The notes: generated by a model from the letters alone, not told the origin. A DNA stretch of 64,000 nucleotides from Hyphomicrobiales bacterium (GCA_025359045.1 JANYHN010000028.1:8473-72472); one strand, 5' to 3'. Shown: positions 48,402 to 59,924, counted from the first letter of the stretch. Translations and numbers: made by a program.

Positions 48402-48928
48402 ATTGGCAGATGCTCAATAATATCTTCAAGCTCAGCCTCATAAATGCCAAGCCCGCGCAAATGATTGACGGTGTTTAAAATATAATCGACACAGCTGCCA
48501 GCCTGCCCGTGACCCTGCATCACCATGGCCAATGTTTGCGCCATAGGTTGAGGTGCAAAAAATTGCGGATGACCGTGATTGACGACATAGGTGAGGGCAT
48601 CAACTGTTTGCGATTGGGCAACCAGTTGAACAGATTTCACAACTTCACGGTATGCCTCGCTGACCAATTCGCGCTTACGGATATACGCCAAAACTTCAGC
48701 CCACTTTGCGGGCGATACTTCGTAAACAACGCCTTCGCAGGATCCGCCGAGATCTAACCCCAACACCAAACCAGGCTTTTCAACTGTGCCGCGATAATGA
48801 TGCGACAGAATGCTTAAGCGACGATGATAACCCGTGATCGTTGCGTGAGCCGAACTTTCATATTCAAAATCAGGCCGCCACATTAATGAGCCATAGGCAA
48901 AAATATGGTGGCAATCTTCCGGCTTCAT
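48389..48928 (-). CDS. chaC: ChaC family gamma-glutamylcyclotransferase
   Basis: IFAYGSLMWRPDF, HYRGTVEKPGLVLGL, REL. Confidence 0.92.
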   Translation of the reverse strand: MKPEDCHHIFAYGSLMWRPDFEYESSAHATITGYHRRLSILSHHYRGTVEKPGLVLGLDLGGSCEGVVYEVSPAKWAEVLAYIRKRELVSEAYREVVKSVQLVAQSQTVDALTYVVNHGHPQFFAPQPMAQTLAMVMQGHGQAGSCVDYILNTVNHLRGLGIYEAELEDIIEHLPIQAA

Positions 48929-49845
48929 TTCTTTGTTGGTACACGACCAAAATTAGGCGCAGCAGTATCTTGCCCTGCAGCAATAATGTTCCGCCGCGCC
49001 TCTCTGGCCCGCGTAAACAAATTGAACAATGTCTCACCATCGCCCCAGCGCACCGCACGCTGCAATACGGCAAGCTCCTCTGTGAAACGTCCCAACATTT
49101 CGAGAACCGCATCTTTGTTATTCAAAAATACGTCGCGCCACATAGTTGGATCAGATGCTGCAATACGCGTAAAATCACGAAAGCCGCTCGCTGAATATTT
49201 AATCACTTCGGTATCTGTCACACTTTCAAGATCAGACGCAGTAGCAACGGTCGTATAAGCGATGAGATGCGGCAAATGGCTGGTGATAGCCAAGACCAAG
49301 TCATGGTGATCAGCTGTCATCAATTCTGTGTTTGAACCACAAGCCTGCCAAAAGGCCTCGAGCTTTGCAGTAGCAAAGGGATCTCCACCTTCAACAGGTG
49401 TTAAAATACACCAACGATTTTCAAACAATTCTGCAAATCCAGCACGCGGGCCAGATTGTTCCGTTCCCGCAATCGGATGACCGGGAATGAAATGAACACC
49501 TTTGGGAACATGTGGTGCGCAATCTCGAACAATAGTGCCCTTGACGGAACCCACATCAGTCAGGATAGCACCTTGTTTCAGGTGATAGCCGATCTCGGCA
49601 GCAAGAGTTCCACAGATCCCAACAGGAACGCACATGATGATCAGATCAGCACCTTGAACCGCATCAGCCGCCCGTTCATAAACATGATCAACCAAGCCAA
49701 TTTCGAGCGAAGTTTTCCGCGTCTCTTCACTCTTGGCATGGCCAACAATAGTTTTGGCCAAACCCTTTTGGCGCATCACATGACATAATGACGAACCGAT
49801 AAGGCCAATGCCTAAAATCGCCACTTTTTCAAACATAAAACTCAT
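48925..49845 (-). CDS. tyrA: Prephenate/arogenate (cyclohexadienyl) dehydrogenase
   Basis: [42 protein letters not shown]. Confidence 0.95.
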   Translation of the reverse strand: MSFMFEKVAILGIGLIGSSLCHVMRQKGLAKTIVGHAKSEETRKTSLEIGLVDHVYERAADAVQGADLIIMCVPVGICGTLAAEIGYHLKQGAILTDVGSVKGTIVRDCAPHVPKGVHFIPGHPIAGTEQSGPRAGFAELFENRWCILTPVEGGDPFATAKLEAFWQACGSNTELMTADHHDLVLAITSHLPHLIAYTTVATASDLESVTDTEVIKYSASGFRDFTRIAASDPTMWRDVFLNNKDAVLEMLGRFTEELAVLQRAVRWGDGETLFNLFTRAREARRNIIAAGQDTAAPNFGRVPTKK

Positions 49846-50939
49846 TTCATAAATTCCGCCAGAGCAGCAATAAAAGCGTGATTGGCCTCTTCAGAGCCAA
49901 TTGAGACCCGCAAGGCTTTTGGCAGACCATAAGAATCAACCCGCCGCACAATGATGCCCCGCGCCATCAAATACGCGTCCGCAGCCACAACCTTTTCAGC
50001 CGAAGCAAAATGGATCAAAACAAAATTGCCAACGCTGGGCGTGACCACAAGTCCCAACTTTCGCAATTCAACTGAAACCCATTCCAACCATTTCGTATTA
50101 TGCGCAACAGCCTGTTCAATAAACCCAACATCTTCCATAGCAGCCGTGCCCGCCGCAATCGCCGGCGTGCTGACGTTGAAGGGCCCACGAATTCGGTTGA
50201 GCACATCCGCAACATTTGGGGGGCAATAAGCCCAACCAATACGCACACCAGCAAGCCCAAATATCTTGGAAAATGTTCGCGTCATCACAACATTGATATT
50301 ATTCTCAACCAATTCGATGCCCGCATCATAATCATTGTTCAAAACATATTCGGCATAGGCCGCATCAAGAATAAGCAATACAGTGGAAGGCAATCCAGCA
50401 TGCAAGCGCTTCACTTCGGTATAAGACAGATACGTTCCCGTCGGATTGTTGGGATTGGCCAAAAACACAATCTTTGTTGCAGGTGTAACGCGTGATAAAA
50501 TTTCGCCCACATCTGCAACAAAGTTTTTCTCAGGTGCCACCACAGGCGTGGCACCATTGGTCGCAATGGCAATTGGATAAACCAGAAAACCAAATTGCGA
50601 ATAGATCGCTTCATCGCCCACTCCTAAATAGGCATGAGCCAGCATTTGCAACAGCTCATCTGAACCGGTGCCCCCGCAAACAATATTGGCGGCATTCAAA
50701 CCATAACGTTTGGCTATTGCGTCGCGCAGCTTTGTGGCACTTGGATCAGGATACAACGCCAAATTTTGAGCGACTGCATCTTGATAAGCGGCAACCGCCT
50801 TTGGGCTCGGGCCCATGGGGGATTCATTCGATGAAAGTTTGTAGACATTACCCGTCTTCGGCCCGGACTTGCCGGGCACATAAGCTTGGATACCGAGAAT
50901 GCCTGGCTTTGGTTCCGGCCCAGCAACAACCGACATCAT
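49842..50939 (-). CDS. hisC: Histidinol-phosphate aminotransferase
   Basis: [36 protein letters not shown]. Confidence 0.95.
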   Translation of the reverse strand: MMSVVAGPEPKPGILGIQAYVPGKSGPKTGNVYKLSSNESPMGPSPKAVAAYQDAVAQNLALYPDPSATKLRDAIAKRYGLNAANIVCGGTGSDELLQMLAHAYLGVGDEAIYSQFGFLVYPIAIATNGATPVVAPEKNFVADVGEILSRVTPATKIVFLANPNNPTGTYLSYTEVKRLHAGLPSTVLLILDAAYAEYVLNNDYDAGIELVENNINVVMTRTFSKIFGLAGVRIGWAYCPPNVADVLNRIRGPFNVSTPAIAAGTAAMEDVGFIEQAVAHNTKWLEWVSVELRKLGLVVTPSVGNFVLIHFASAEKVVAADAYLMARGIIVRRVDSYGLPKALRVSIGSEEANHAFIAALAEFMK

Positions 50940-51745
50940 GCGCCCACCTGAATAGCACTGCTGTAATGACCAGCGATCTTCAGTTTGAGCGACGCATTCG
51001 AGCGCATTAAACCAACCAGCGGCCCTTCATGCTCAGTCAAAAATCCAGGCAGGCATGAAAGCCTCAAATTGCCAATCTTACTTTGCCAAATCGGTTGTGG
51101 CGTAAAATCACGCGGTAGTTTTCCTTCAGAAATAACCAATGTCTCATCTTCGCCGCTTACCTCGACTGGCGCATGACCAATGAGGAGAAGTTTCGGCAAT
51201 TCATCTTCCTTCAAAACTGGCAAACTGGCGATCACCTGCGCCTTGCCGCCATGACCCGACATAAAAGCCTCAACCCATGGCTGCTCTGTTTCAACAACAC
51301 AGATATCTCCGGGCGCGGAATCAATTTGCATCAGCGCTTGCGCTTCATCACGATATTCTTCCACATTGATAGAGCCAAAATAATCTCGAAGGCGCAGACG
51401 ATGCGCAATATTGGCATTCAAATGCTTACTGACATGCAAAGTGATTGACGCCTGCCGCAAACTCGAATCACTAATGATGGCCCGCCAAATGCGCAAAATC
51501 AGATCAGGCGAAACATCGTTTTCTCGAGCACGAGCGAGGAGCCGGCGCATAATGGCAACTTCGCGCGTTGGCCGCAGAGGCGATGCATAAACCTGAATTT
51601 CACTTTGTTTGGCCCTTTTGACTTGCCCTGTTGTGTCAACGCGCTTGGCCAAAAGATCAAGAATTTGGTCATCAATCTCATCAAGCGCCTTGCGGGCCTC
51701 ACCCAAACTGGGGTTCGGTGTAAAAATGGGGTCGTTAGTGTTCAT
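50936..51745 (-). CDS. Chorismate mutase with C-terminal prephenate-dehydratase-like region
   Basis: AroQ pattern R..LDEID.QI..LL.KR...RP.RE; heads the hisC-tyrA operon. Confidence 0.85.
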   Translation of the reverse strand: MNTNDPIFTPNPSLGEARKALDEIDDQILDLLAKRVDTTGQVKRAKQSEIQVYASPLRPTREVAIMRRLLARARENDVSPDLILRIWRAIISDSSLRQASITLHVSKHLNANIAHRLRLRDYFGSINVEEYRDEAQALMQIDSAPGDICVVETEQPWVEAFMSGHGGKAQVIASLPVLKEDELPKLLLIGHAPVEVSGEDETLVISEGKLPRDFTPQPIWQSKIGNLRLSCLPGFLTEHEGPLVGLMRSNASLKLKIAGHYSSAIQVGA

Positions 51746-51816
51746 AAGGTAGGTCCAAAGCTTTTATCGGGCTGTCATAAAGCTTCATAAGGAATAGATG
51801 GTAGAAATGCAAAGCG

Positions 51817-52566
51817 CTATGAAATTTCGCGCTGACGATGCGAATGCTGTGGGGCAGGCAAAAAGGCAGGCTTGAACCTTGGCAAAACCCGCCTCACTTT
51901 GCGACCTGGCGCATAGGCATACACCTGCTTCTGCGCCTCGATAATCAATGCACCAGAAATGCCGCGCAAAGCCGCGGCCCCACCAAGTTTTTCAACACCC
52001 CTTGCAAATGCAGAACCAGCAAATCTTTTGGATGGCGGCATCACCAAAGCATATTCAAACCGTGTGATTGAAAACTGGGCTGTTCGGAGCAGCCCCTGCA
52101 ATTGCATCCGCGAAAACGGTTGGCCATGACCAAAAGGCGAAACATCGCGCATTGCCCAAAGACTGCTGCGGTTTGGCACAACCAAAAGCAACTTTCCTTG
52201 CGGTGTTAAAACCCGCCATACCTCTTGCAGCAATTCTCCAGGACTATCTGTAAACTCAAGACAATGGATGAGCAGAGCGACATCAACTGCGTTGTCGCCC
52301 AGAGGCAAATCAAGCTCGTCCACCAAAGCCGATGCCACCGAACCTTGCTCTGGCCAGTGAATCACCCCGCGCCTTGCCGGCATCAAAGCAATCTGGCGAG
52401 TTAAATTTTCGGTAAACGGTTTAAAAAAAGGAGTTGCATAGCCCAAGCCCAAAAGCGTGGCTTGCGGGTCCTGTGGCAAATGTCCCGAAAGCTTGGCCGC
52501 AATTAAACGCTGGGTAGCTTTTCCAAGCGCAGTGGCATAGTATTCACGAAGATCAACAACATCCAT
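51817..52566 (-). CDS. SAM-dependent methyltransferase (YafS-like)
   Basis: LGLGYATP, LP..D..VD..L.IH.LE, EVWRVL.PQG; divergent from gloB. Confidence 0.88.
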   Translation of the reverse strand: MDVVDLREYYATALGKATQRLIAAKLSGHLPQDPQATLLGLGYATPFFKPFTENLTRQIALMPARRGVIHWPEQGSVASALVDELDLPLGDNAVDVALLIHCLEFTDSPGELLQEVWRVLTPQGKLLLVVPNRSSLWAMRDVSPFGHGQPFSRMQLQGLLRTAQFSITRFEYALVMPPSKRFAGSAFARGVEKLGGAAALRGISGALIIEAQKQVYAYAPGRKVRRVLPRFKPAFLPAPQHSHRQREIS

Positions 52567-52731
52567 AAGTGAAGTCTTTAGCGCTAAATGCGTTTATAGC
52601 TCAACCTGACTTTTGAAGGAATCGTCAAAAGTTTGATAAGTTGATTGAAAATAATAAGTTAGGGCGCTTTTGACTTTTCATTGAAAGGTCAAAATGCTCT
52701 AGTCACGCAAAGCTTTAAATAGGGTTTCTAA

Positions 52732-53505
52732 ATGTCTCATATCGATATGCGTCAGTTTATGTGTTTAGAAGATAATTATGGCGTGATCATACATGACAGT
52801 GTGACAGGGGCGACCGCTTCAATTGATGCGCCCGATGCGGACGCCGTTGAAAAGCAACTGAAGAAATTTGGCCGCCAACTCACTCACATATTTACAACCC
52901 ATCACCATGCCGACCATGTGCAGGGCAATGCACAGTTGAAAGAACATTATGGTTGCAAGATCATTGGCCCTAAAGCTGAAGCTGAGAAAATTCCGGGAAT
53001 CGACATTCAAGTTTCAGGTGGTGAAAAATTTATTTGGTCAAACCGAGAGGTCTTTGTGCATGACTGCCCTGGCCACACCTCAGGCCACATTGCCTTCAGC
53101 ATTCCGGGTGAGTTCTCGCTCTTTGCAGGAGACACATTGTTTTCTGTGGGATGCGGGCGTGTGATTGAAGGCACATTGGAGCAGATGTATAAATCAGTAA
53201 ACCAATTCAAAACGCTTTCAACCAGCACTTATGTTTATTGCGGCCATGAGTACACGGAAGCCAACGTGAAATTTGCGTTGACCATCGAGCCAGAAAACAA
53301 AGCATTGCAAAATCGCTTCCATGCGGTCGCTGCGATGCGCGCAAGAGGCGAAATGACGTGTCCCACCACCATTGGTGAAGAACTCAAAACCAACCCCTAT
53401 TTGCGGTGCGACAGTCCCGAAATTCGTAAAAACTTGGGCATGGAAACAGCGACTGACGCAGAAGTTTTCGCTGAAATTCGCACCCGCAAAAACAATTTTA
53501 AATAG
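52732..53505 (+). CDS. gloB: Hydroxyacylglutathione hydrolase (glyoxalase II)
   Basis: DNY, THHHADH, PGHT.GH, GDTLF..GCGR, CGHEYT. Confidence 0.96.
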   Translation: MSHIDMRQFMCLEDNYGVIIHDSVTGATASIDAPDADAVEKQLKKFGRQLTHIFTTHHHADHVQGNAQLKEHYGCKIIGPKAEAEKIPGIDIQVSGGEKFIWSNREVFVHDCPGHTSGHIAFSIPGEFSLFAGDTLFSVGCGRVIEGTLEQMYKSVNQFKTLSTSTYVYCGHEYTEANVKFALTIEPENKALQNRFHAVAAMRARGEMTCPTTIGEELKTNPYLRCDSPEIRKNLGMETATDAEVFAEIRTRKNNFK

Positions 53506-54394
53506 GCTTTTTGAAGATCATGTCTTTGGCAGCAATAATGGCGCCTGCTGTGATCAGCAGGCAACCAATGGCAATTGACCAATGATAGACAGCAAGGCCT
53601 GATCCAATAAGCACCAATGTTGAAAGCAATGGCGCCGCATAAGAACTCACTCCCAGTATCATGCGGTCGCCATGCTTCATGCCAAAATCCCAAGCGTAGA
53701 AAGCAAAGCCCATCGGCAATAGGCCAAGGCTGACAACTGCAAACCACTGGGCTGAACTTAAGCTCCAAAGTGTGGGCTCCAATGCAAAATGTGCAATTCC
53801 TGAAAGTACGGCGCAGGCAAAACAAAAGCCTGCCACAATGTCGCTTGGTATACTTCCATATTTTCGGATGAGTACCGAAAATCCTGCCCACATGATTGCA
53901 TAAGGAATGGCAATGATATGACCAAGTTGCAATCCACCAGAAAGCAAACTGAGTTGCCCCTTGCTGATCACGATAAAGGCTCCGGCAACGCCAAGGGCAA
54001 CGCCAAATACATGATACCACTTCAATTTTTCGTCCGGTGCAAAGGCTGAAAACAACACGATCAACTAGGGCCAAGTATAAGCAATAAGACTTACTTCGAC
54101 CGCAGGCGCATTGCGAATGGCAATAAAGTATAGAAGATGGCAACCAAACAGCGCCCCCACATTGAGCGCCCACACCTGCCATTTTTGCCCAAACAAAACC
54201 AAATAAGCTTGGCGTCGGAACGGCCAACTAGAAACGCCAACGAGACCTCCGACGAAAAAACCCATAGCATTTAATTGTAGAGGCGGGATGGCTTCAGCGC
54301 TCTTTGATAAATACGCCAGAAATCCCCACATGAGGACCGCAGTAAAGCCTATGAGTGTGGCTTGGGGTTTATTCAAGCCTTGTCTCACGGCCAT
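53498..54394 (-). pseudogene. EamA/DMT transporter (YddG-like) interrupted by an in-frame TAG at 54065-54067
   Basis: The two ORF halves share one frame: ...IAYTWP-TAG-LIVLFS...; a single T>A change from TTG (Leu) explains the stop. The real start may be the TTG at 54376. Confidence 0.8.
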
Positions 54395-55280
54395 TCAGCC
54401 ATGTTTGCCCGCCGACACTGAGCAGAACAGCCAACAAAATGATGGTTCCCCCCATAATTGAGGGGCGATCAGGAACTTCGCCAACGAAAAGCCAAGACCA
54501 AAATGGATTTATAATTGCATCCATCATCGCGAGTAGCGCCAGCGTCACACCCTGAACGGTTTTAGCTCCAAGACCATAAAACACCAAAGGAATGGCCAAT
54601 TGGATGGGGCCCATAAGCATCAATAAACCGAATGATCTAAAGTCGATTGTGAAAGCACTTGCTGTTCCTCCCTGCCAATGGCTGACGAAGCCTGCCACAA
54701 TGAAGGACAACACCCCACCCACGCAAATAGCCGGCATTATGTCATAGTCGCGGTAACGCCGAAGCAATAGTGTTTGCGCTGCAAAAGTAAGGGGCACGCC
54801 AAAGCAGAGCGCCAAGCCTCCGAAATGACCGGATTGAAAACCATTCCAGCCGATCACCACAGTTCCCGCAATCGCAATAATCGCAGCAAGCCAAGCAAAC
54901 ACATTTGGTTTTTCACCTGTAATTGCCTTTGAGAGAAGACCCGCAAAAAGTGGCGAAGTGGCCCCAATGACTGAAACCGTTGCGGTAGGCACGAGTGTGA
55001 GTGAGGTCACATAAAATGTTGTGCCAGCCGCAAAGCACAAGGCCGACCAGAACATCGCCCATCCTGGGATGCTACCAAAAACCTTTCCGGTCTCAGGACC
55101 ATATCGAAATACAGAATAACACAGCAGTGCCACGGCCATCCAAAAGCCGCGCCAACAATTAATCTGCCAGCCTGAAAGACCCGGCATCAAGCGCACAAAT
55201 AGGCCAGACAGGCTCCATCCGAAATTGGCGATCAGCACATATAAAACGCCAACCCCAAATCCTTGTTTACCTGTCGTCAT
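54369..55280 (-). CDS. EamA/DMT family transporter
   Basis: Ten TMs in two repeats; ATSPLFAGLL, NPFWSWLFVGEVP. Confidence 0.9.
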   Translation of the reverse strand: MTTGKQGFGVGVLYVLIANFGWSLSGLFVRLMPGLSGWQINCWRGFWMAVALLCYSVFRYGPETGKVFGSIPGWAMFWSALCFAAGTTFYVTSLTLVPTATVSVIGATSPLFAGLLSKAITGEKPNVFAWLAAIIAIAGTVVIGWNGFQSGHFGGLALCFGVPLTFAAQTLLLRRYRDYDIMPAICVGGVLSFIVAGFVSHWQGGTASAFTIDFRSFGLLMLMGPIQLAIPLVFYGLGAKTVQGVTLALLAMMDAIINPFWSWLFVGEVPDRPSIMGGTIILLAVLLSVGGQTWLNGRETRLE

Positions 55281-55373
55281 GCCTGCTCCGAATCGTCGTA
55301 ACTCTATCTAAAGCAAAATTTCCTGCAAGGTGAGTTACGCATCATATTCAACCTTAAATAGATTTTTAACGAA

Positions 55374-57890
55374 TTAATTTCGCAGTCTAACATTATCAGG
55401 GTCAAATGGACTTTCGACGAGGATAGTGGTTTTGAAGATTTTTCCGAAAATTTTGATTTCGAGCTCTGTTCCCACCTTGGCAAATTCTGGCTTGACCATG
55501 GCAAGTGCAAGCGATTTGTGACAACGCCAGCCAAAACCACCATTGGTGGCACGGCCGATGAGTTTGCCGTTCGAATAAATCGGTTCAGAACCGCGCGCAT
55601 CGGAGTCCGCGTCCGTGACGCCATGAACTTCCATAGTTACAAAATTCCAGTTGAGGCCCTTTTCTTTACCTGCCACCAGAGCGTCACGGCCAATGAAGGG
55701 GCCTTTGCTCGGATGCACGAAACGATCCAAACCAGACTCGTAGGCAGAATACTCAATCGACAATTCGCGCGGAATCAGACGGTATGATTTTTCAATGGAG
55801 AGCGAAGACATTGCTTTAATGCCGTAAGGCTTGATACCAAATTCTTTTCCTGCTTCCATCAATTGATCAAACAAGGCGACCTGCTGTTCGACGGGAACGT
55901 GGAACTCATAACCTAATTCTCCCACGAAATTTACGCGCAATACATGTGCCGTGGCAGTGCCAACTGTAAGTTCTTTTCCTGATAGCCATGGAAAGGCTTC
56001 ATTACTTAAATTTGCATCGGTGAGTTTAGCCAGAAGTTTTTGGGACTTTGGGCCTGCCAGAACGATCACACCCAAACGCGCGGTGATTGAATTGAGTCGC
56101 ACTGAACCATCAGTCGGCGCGAGCTTACGCAGGCAATCTTGATCATGACGTTCATAAGCTCCAGCCGACACCAAATAGAAACGGCCTGGCGCCCATTCAT
56201 AAACCGTGAATTCTGCGCGCACGCCGCCGTTAGGTGAAAGCAAATGGCACAGCGCAATGCGGCCCTGCTTTTTTGGAATTTTATTGGCAAGAATAGATTC
56301 GAGCCATTCGCGCGCTTTAAGGCCTGAAACTTCCATCTTGGCGAAAGCTGACATGTCTTGAATGCCAATATTGTTCATGACGTTCAAACATTCTTCACCG
56401 ACAAACTTGAAAGAATTCGAGCGACGGAACGACCATTTCTCAACTATGCGGCCATCATCTGTTGCTGGCGCATGATTGTGATTGGTTAAAGTATCATCCG
56501 AATTGAGTTCTTCTTTTGAAAGCGCATAGCCCTTTGGCGCAAACCAACCCGGGCGCTCCCAACCATAGACTGAACCAAACACGGCCCCTAAATCTTTCAT
56601 GCGGTCATAGATTGCAGTTCGCTTTAGAGGACGTGCAGCAGAGCGCTCTTCTTCGGGATAATGCGGTGTGAAGACGTTGGAGTAAGCTTCCTCGTTTTTG
56701 GTTTTTAAATAGCCCTTCGTGGCATAAGGCCCAAAGCGCCGAGGATCGACACCCATCATATCAATCGTCGGTTCGCCATCAATAATCCATTCTGCGAGTT
56801 GCCAACCAGCACCTCCGGCTGCCGTCACGCCAAATGAATGGCCTTCATTGAGCCAGAAATTCTTTTTATCCCAAGCTGGGCCAATGATGGGTGAACCATC
56901 TGGAGTGTAGGCAATCGCACCATTATAAACTTTTTTGATGCCCACTTCGCCAAACGCTGGAACACGTGTGATGGCGGTCTCTATGTATGGCCCCAAACGG
57001 TCCAAGTCCTCTTGGAACAATTCATATTCGGATTGATCTGACGGCCCGTCAACATAACAAACGGGTGCGCCCTTCTCATATGGCCCGAGAAGAAGCCCGC
57101 CATTTTCTTCGCGCATATACCAGCTCGAGTCTGCCTCGCGCAGAACACCCATTTCGGGAAGGCCGTTGGCTTGGCGCTCTTTGATTAAGGGATGTGGTTC
57201 AGTGACGATATATTGGTGCTCAACCGGAATAACAGGAATATCAAGGCCAACCATGGCGCCAGTCTTGCGCGCAAAATTGCCAGAGCATGAAACGATGTGT
57301 TCACAAGTGATGTCACCTTGATCGGTCTTCACCAACCATTCGCCCGATGGCAATTGTTCAATCGCCGAAACCGATGTGTTGCGGTAAATTTCAGCACCCC
57401 GCGCACGCGCACCCTTAGCCAAGGCTTGGGTCAAATCGGCAGGTTGAATATAGCCATCATCAGGATGTTGGATTGCGCCTAAAATCCCTTCGACGTTGCA
57501 CAACGGCCAAATTTCTTTGACTTGTTCAGGGGTAAGCAAGTTCACCTTGATGCCGATGGTTTCAGCAATGCCGGCATAATACATAAATTCATCCCAGCGA
57601 TCCTTGGTGCGGGCGAGACGAATGTTTGAAACTTTCTTGAAGCCAACATTCTGGCCGGTTTCAATTTCCAATTCTTGATAGAATTTGACCGAATATTTAT
57701 GAATTTGTCCAACGGAATAAGACATATTGAACAGCGGCAGCAAACCAGCAGCATGCCATGTGGAGCCTGATGTCAGTTCCTTGCGCTCAACCAAAACCAC
57801 GTCCGACCAGCCCTTTTTGGCCAAATGATAAAGTGTTGAAACACCCACCACACCACCACCGATGACAACGACTTTAGCTTTGGATTTCAT
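55374..57890 (-). CDS. GcvT-family FAD-dependent oxidoreductase (dimethylglycine dehydrogenase-like)
   Basis: IGGGVVG, GSTWHAAG, VEHQYIVT, YTPDG, C-terminal folate-binding GcvT domain; start set to the ATG at 57890. Confidence 0.9.
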   Translation of the reverse strand: MKSKAKVVVIGGGVVGVSTLYHLAKKGWSDVVLVERKELTSGSTWHAAGLLPLFNMSYSVGQIHKYSVKFYQELEIETGQNVGFKKVSNIRLARTKDRWDEFMYYAGIAETIGIKVNLLTPEQVKEIWPLCNVEGILGAIQHPDDGYIQPADLTQALAKGARARGAEIYRNTSVSAIEQLPSGEWLVKTDQGDITCEHIVSCSGNFARKTGAMVGLDIPVIPVEHQYIVTEPHPLIKERQANGLPEMGVLREADSSWYMREENGGLLLGPYEKGAPVCYVDGPSDQSEYELFQEDLDRLGPYIETAITRVPAFGEVGIKKVYNGAIAYTPDGSPIIGPAWDKKNFWLNEGHSFGVTAAGGAGWQLAEWIIDGEPTIDMMGVDPRRFGPYATKGYLKTKNEEAYSNVFTPHYPEEERSAARPLKRTAIYDRMKDLGAVFGSVYGWERPGWFAPKGYALSKEELNSDDTLTNHNHAPATDDGRIVEKWSFRRSNSFKFVGEECLNVMNNIGIQDMSAFAKMEVSGLKAREWLESILANKIPKKQGRIALCHLLSPNGGVRAEFTVYEWAPGRFYLVSAGAYERHDQDCLRKLAPTDGSVRLNSITARLGVIVLAGPKSQKLLAKLTDANLSNEAFPWLSGKELTVGTATAHVLRVNFVGELGYEFHVPVEQQVALFDQLMEAGKEFGIKPYGIKAMSSLSIEKSYRLIPRELSIEYSAYESGLDRFVHPSKGPFIGRDALVAGKEKGLNWNFVTMEVHGVTDADSDARGSEPIYSNGKLIGRATNGGFGWRCHKSLALAMVKPEFAKVGTELEIKIFGKIFKTTILVESPFDPDNVRLRN

Positions 57891-57983
57891 GGGAACGCCC
57901 TTCTGGCTCGGAGAATTGATTGAGTATACAATAGTGAGCAAAATTCAACAGAGGTGAGAATTCAGCGACAGCGGCAAAGCTGA

Positions 57984-58490
57984 TTACGACACCGCTAGCC
58001 CCGTGTGCCTGATTATGAAATGCGCCAAATTGGACACGTCATCACGGTTGAACACCGGAACGGCGCAATTGACGATTTCGCCATTTGCGGCGATGGCAAC
58101 AATGGTAGGGTCATCGCCTGCCAAAATCGGATGATCAAGCTCCAAGTTGCGAACTTCGATCTTGTCATGGGTGTCACGCTTGTAACCTTCGACGATCACC
58201 AGATCACAAGGTGAAAGCTTCTCCAAAATTTCATCCAGAGTTGGCGGTTCGGTGCCGCGGAGCTCATTCATAATCGCAAAGCGATGTTGCGAAATGATTG
58301 CAACTTCGGTGGCCCCCGCTTTGCGGTGCCGAAAACTATCGCGGCCCTCATGATCAATATCAAAATCATGATGGGCGTGTTTGACGGTCGAGATTTTATA
58401 GCCCTGCTCTGTGAGATACCGTACTAGCTTTTCAACCAGTGTGGTTTTGCCAGAATTTTTAAATCCACAAACGCCAATCACTTTCTGCAT
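57984..58490 (-). CDS. mobB: Molybdopterin-guanine dinucleotide biosynthesis protein B
   Basis: GFKNSGKTTL, KHAHHDFDID, VEGYK. Confidence 0.95.
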   Translation of the reverse strand: MQKVIGVCGFKNSGKTTLVEKLVRYLTEQGYKISTVKHAHHDFDIDHEGRDSFRHRKAGATEVAIISQHRFAIMNELRGTEPPTLDEILEKLSPCDLVIVEGYKRDTHDKIEVRNLELDHPILAGDDPTIVAIAANGEIVNCAVPVFNRDDVSNLAHFIIRHTGLAVS

Positions 58491-59069
58491 TCAACGAACT
58501 TTTGGTAAAATTTTTAATGCAGCCGTTATGTCTGCGGGCGTATTGATGTTCATAAAAGGATCATAGTCATCTGCGCGCCAATTGACCTTTGCCGCGTCAA
58601 TTTTAAAAACCCAATCTTGCACGCGGTTTGATTTGTGCATTTCTTTTTCCAAATTGGCCAAAAGCTTTACGGGCCAAAATCCAGTAAGGAAATGATCTTG
58701 CCCTTTGGAATTTGCAAAGGCGGCTTTGGTGCCCGCCAATTTCTTGACGAGATCATACGGAAGGAACGGTGAGTCCGAAGGAACAGTAACCACAGCGTCA
58801 TAGCCCTCTTCATCGGCATAGGATAAGGCAGCGTGAATTCCAGCCAATGGGGTATCGATCTCAGTTTCAATGTCGGGAATAATATCGAATTCCAAAAACT
58901 GAAAACGCTTTGTGTCACCATTGGCATTGATCACAATGTCTTCAACTTGCGGGCTGAAGCGGTCGATCACCCGAACAATAAGGGTTTTGGGCCCTAGCTT
59001 GGCAAAGGACTTTTCTGACCCCATGCGTTTTGATTTGCCGCCTGCAATGATGGCTCCGAGAATGTTCAT
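58491..59069 (-). CDS. mobA: Molybdenum cofactor guanylyltransferase
   Basis: IIAGGKSKRMG..K, PLAGI, PSDSPFLP, NINTP.D. Confidence 0.93.
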   Translation of the reverse strand: MNILGAIIAGGKSKRMGSEKSFAKLGPKTLIVRVIDRFSPQVEDIVINANGDTKRFQFLEFDIIPDIETEIDTPLAGIHAALSYADEEGYDAVVTVPSDSPFLPYDLVKKLAGTKAAFANSKGQDHFLTGFWPVKLLANLEKEMHKSNRVQDWVFKIDAAKVNWRADDYDPFMNINTPADITAALKILPKVR

Positions 59070-59647
59070 GAATGCTTATAAATCCTTTGGGGTGGAATGA
59101 AGATTTTTATCTCGTCACCAATTTTAATGTCACCTTCGCATTCAACCCAAACCGTAAGCCCGCGCTTATGTGTTGCGGCTTTTACAAAACTTGGCCCTTG
59201 CTCTGGATGGGTTTTAGAGATTTCATCATTCACCTGACGGCACGGCGCATTTTCCATGTCGACAACCACAGTAGCACCCGAGGGAAATTGCAAGCGTGTT
59301 GAGGGCGGCAGCATGGTGAGATCGGGAATGCCCGATGTCACCATGTTCGCACCAAGCCAAGAAGCATTGATGCTGGCAAGCCCCATTGCCTTTGCCACAT
59401 CGGCCATTTCTTCAACAGAAATAATCGTGAGCTGGCGCACATTGCGGATCACTGTGTTGCGCTTATAGGTAAGCAGTGTGCGGCTATCCGACAAACGTGT
59501 GAGGCCCGTATGGCAATCACCTTCCGGGCCGGAGAGTTTGAGCGACAGGCTTTGACGTTGTTGTTTATCAAAACCATCATTGCGGGATAGGCGGGCGAGA
59601 AGCTGTTCGACTTTTCCCATAAATGATAATTTGGTTTGCAGAGGCAT
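59066..59647 (-). CDS. MOSC domain protein
   Basis: RQLTIIS.EE, LGAN, LPPSTRL.F, ENAPC, RGL...VE.EG.I..GD. Confidence 0.88.
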   Translation of the reverse strand: MPLQTKLSFMGKVEQLLARLSRNDGFDKQQRQSLSLKLSGPEGDCHTGLTRLSDSRTLLTYKRNTVIRNVRQLTIISVEEMADVAKAMGLASINASWLGANMVTSGIPDLTMLPPSTRLQFPSGATVVVDMENAPCRQVNDEISKTHPEQGPSFVKAATHKRGLTVWVECEGDIKIGDEIKIFIPPQRIYKHS

Positions 59648-59687
59648 GGCACTTTTCCGATTTGAATTTCCACTCTATAGCAAGCTC

Positions 59688-59924
59688 ATGGATGTTGACC
59701 ACCCGGAAACTGTGTTGGATTTATCGGGGCTTCTTTGCCCTTTGCCGGTTTTGAAGGCGCGGAAGGCGCTATTGGCTTTGCCTTCTGGTTCCGAACTGAT
59801 CATTCTGGCGACAGACCCTATGGCGGCCATCGACATGCCACATTTTTGCAACGAGCAAGGTCACCAGCTTTTGGAGCAATCAAAAGCGGGTGAGACTTTG
59901 CGATTCAGGATAAAAAGAAAATGA
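59688..59924 (+). CDS. tusA: TusA family sulfur carrier
   Basis: LDLSGLLCPLPVLKARKAL, ATDPMA.ID; start set to the ATG at 59688. Confidence 0.9.
   Translation: MDVDHPETVLDLSGLLCPLPVLKARKALLALPSGSELIILATDPMAAIDMPHFCNEQGHQLLEQSKAGETLRFRIKRK

Noticed and set aside
54065-54067. Amber codon as pyrrolysine or programmed readthrough
   Set aside because: No pyl genes in view, and the position corresponds to an ordinary Leu in a TM segment; point mutation or error is simpler.
53397-54227. 276-aa minus-strand ORF spanning the EamA stop
   Set aside because: Different frame, Cys/Trp-rich nonsense composition; the transporter homology is in the TAG-interrupted frame.
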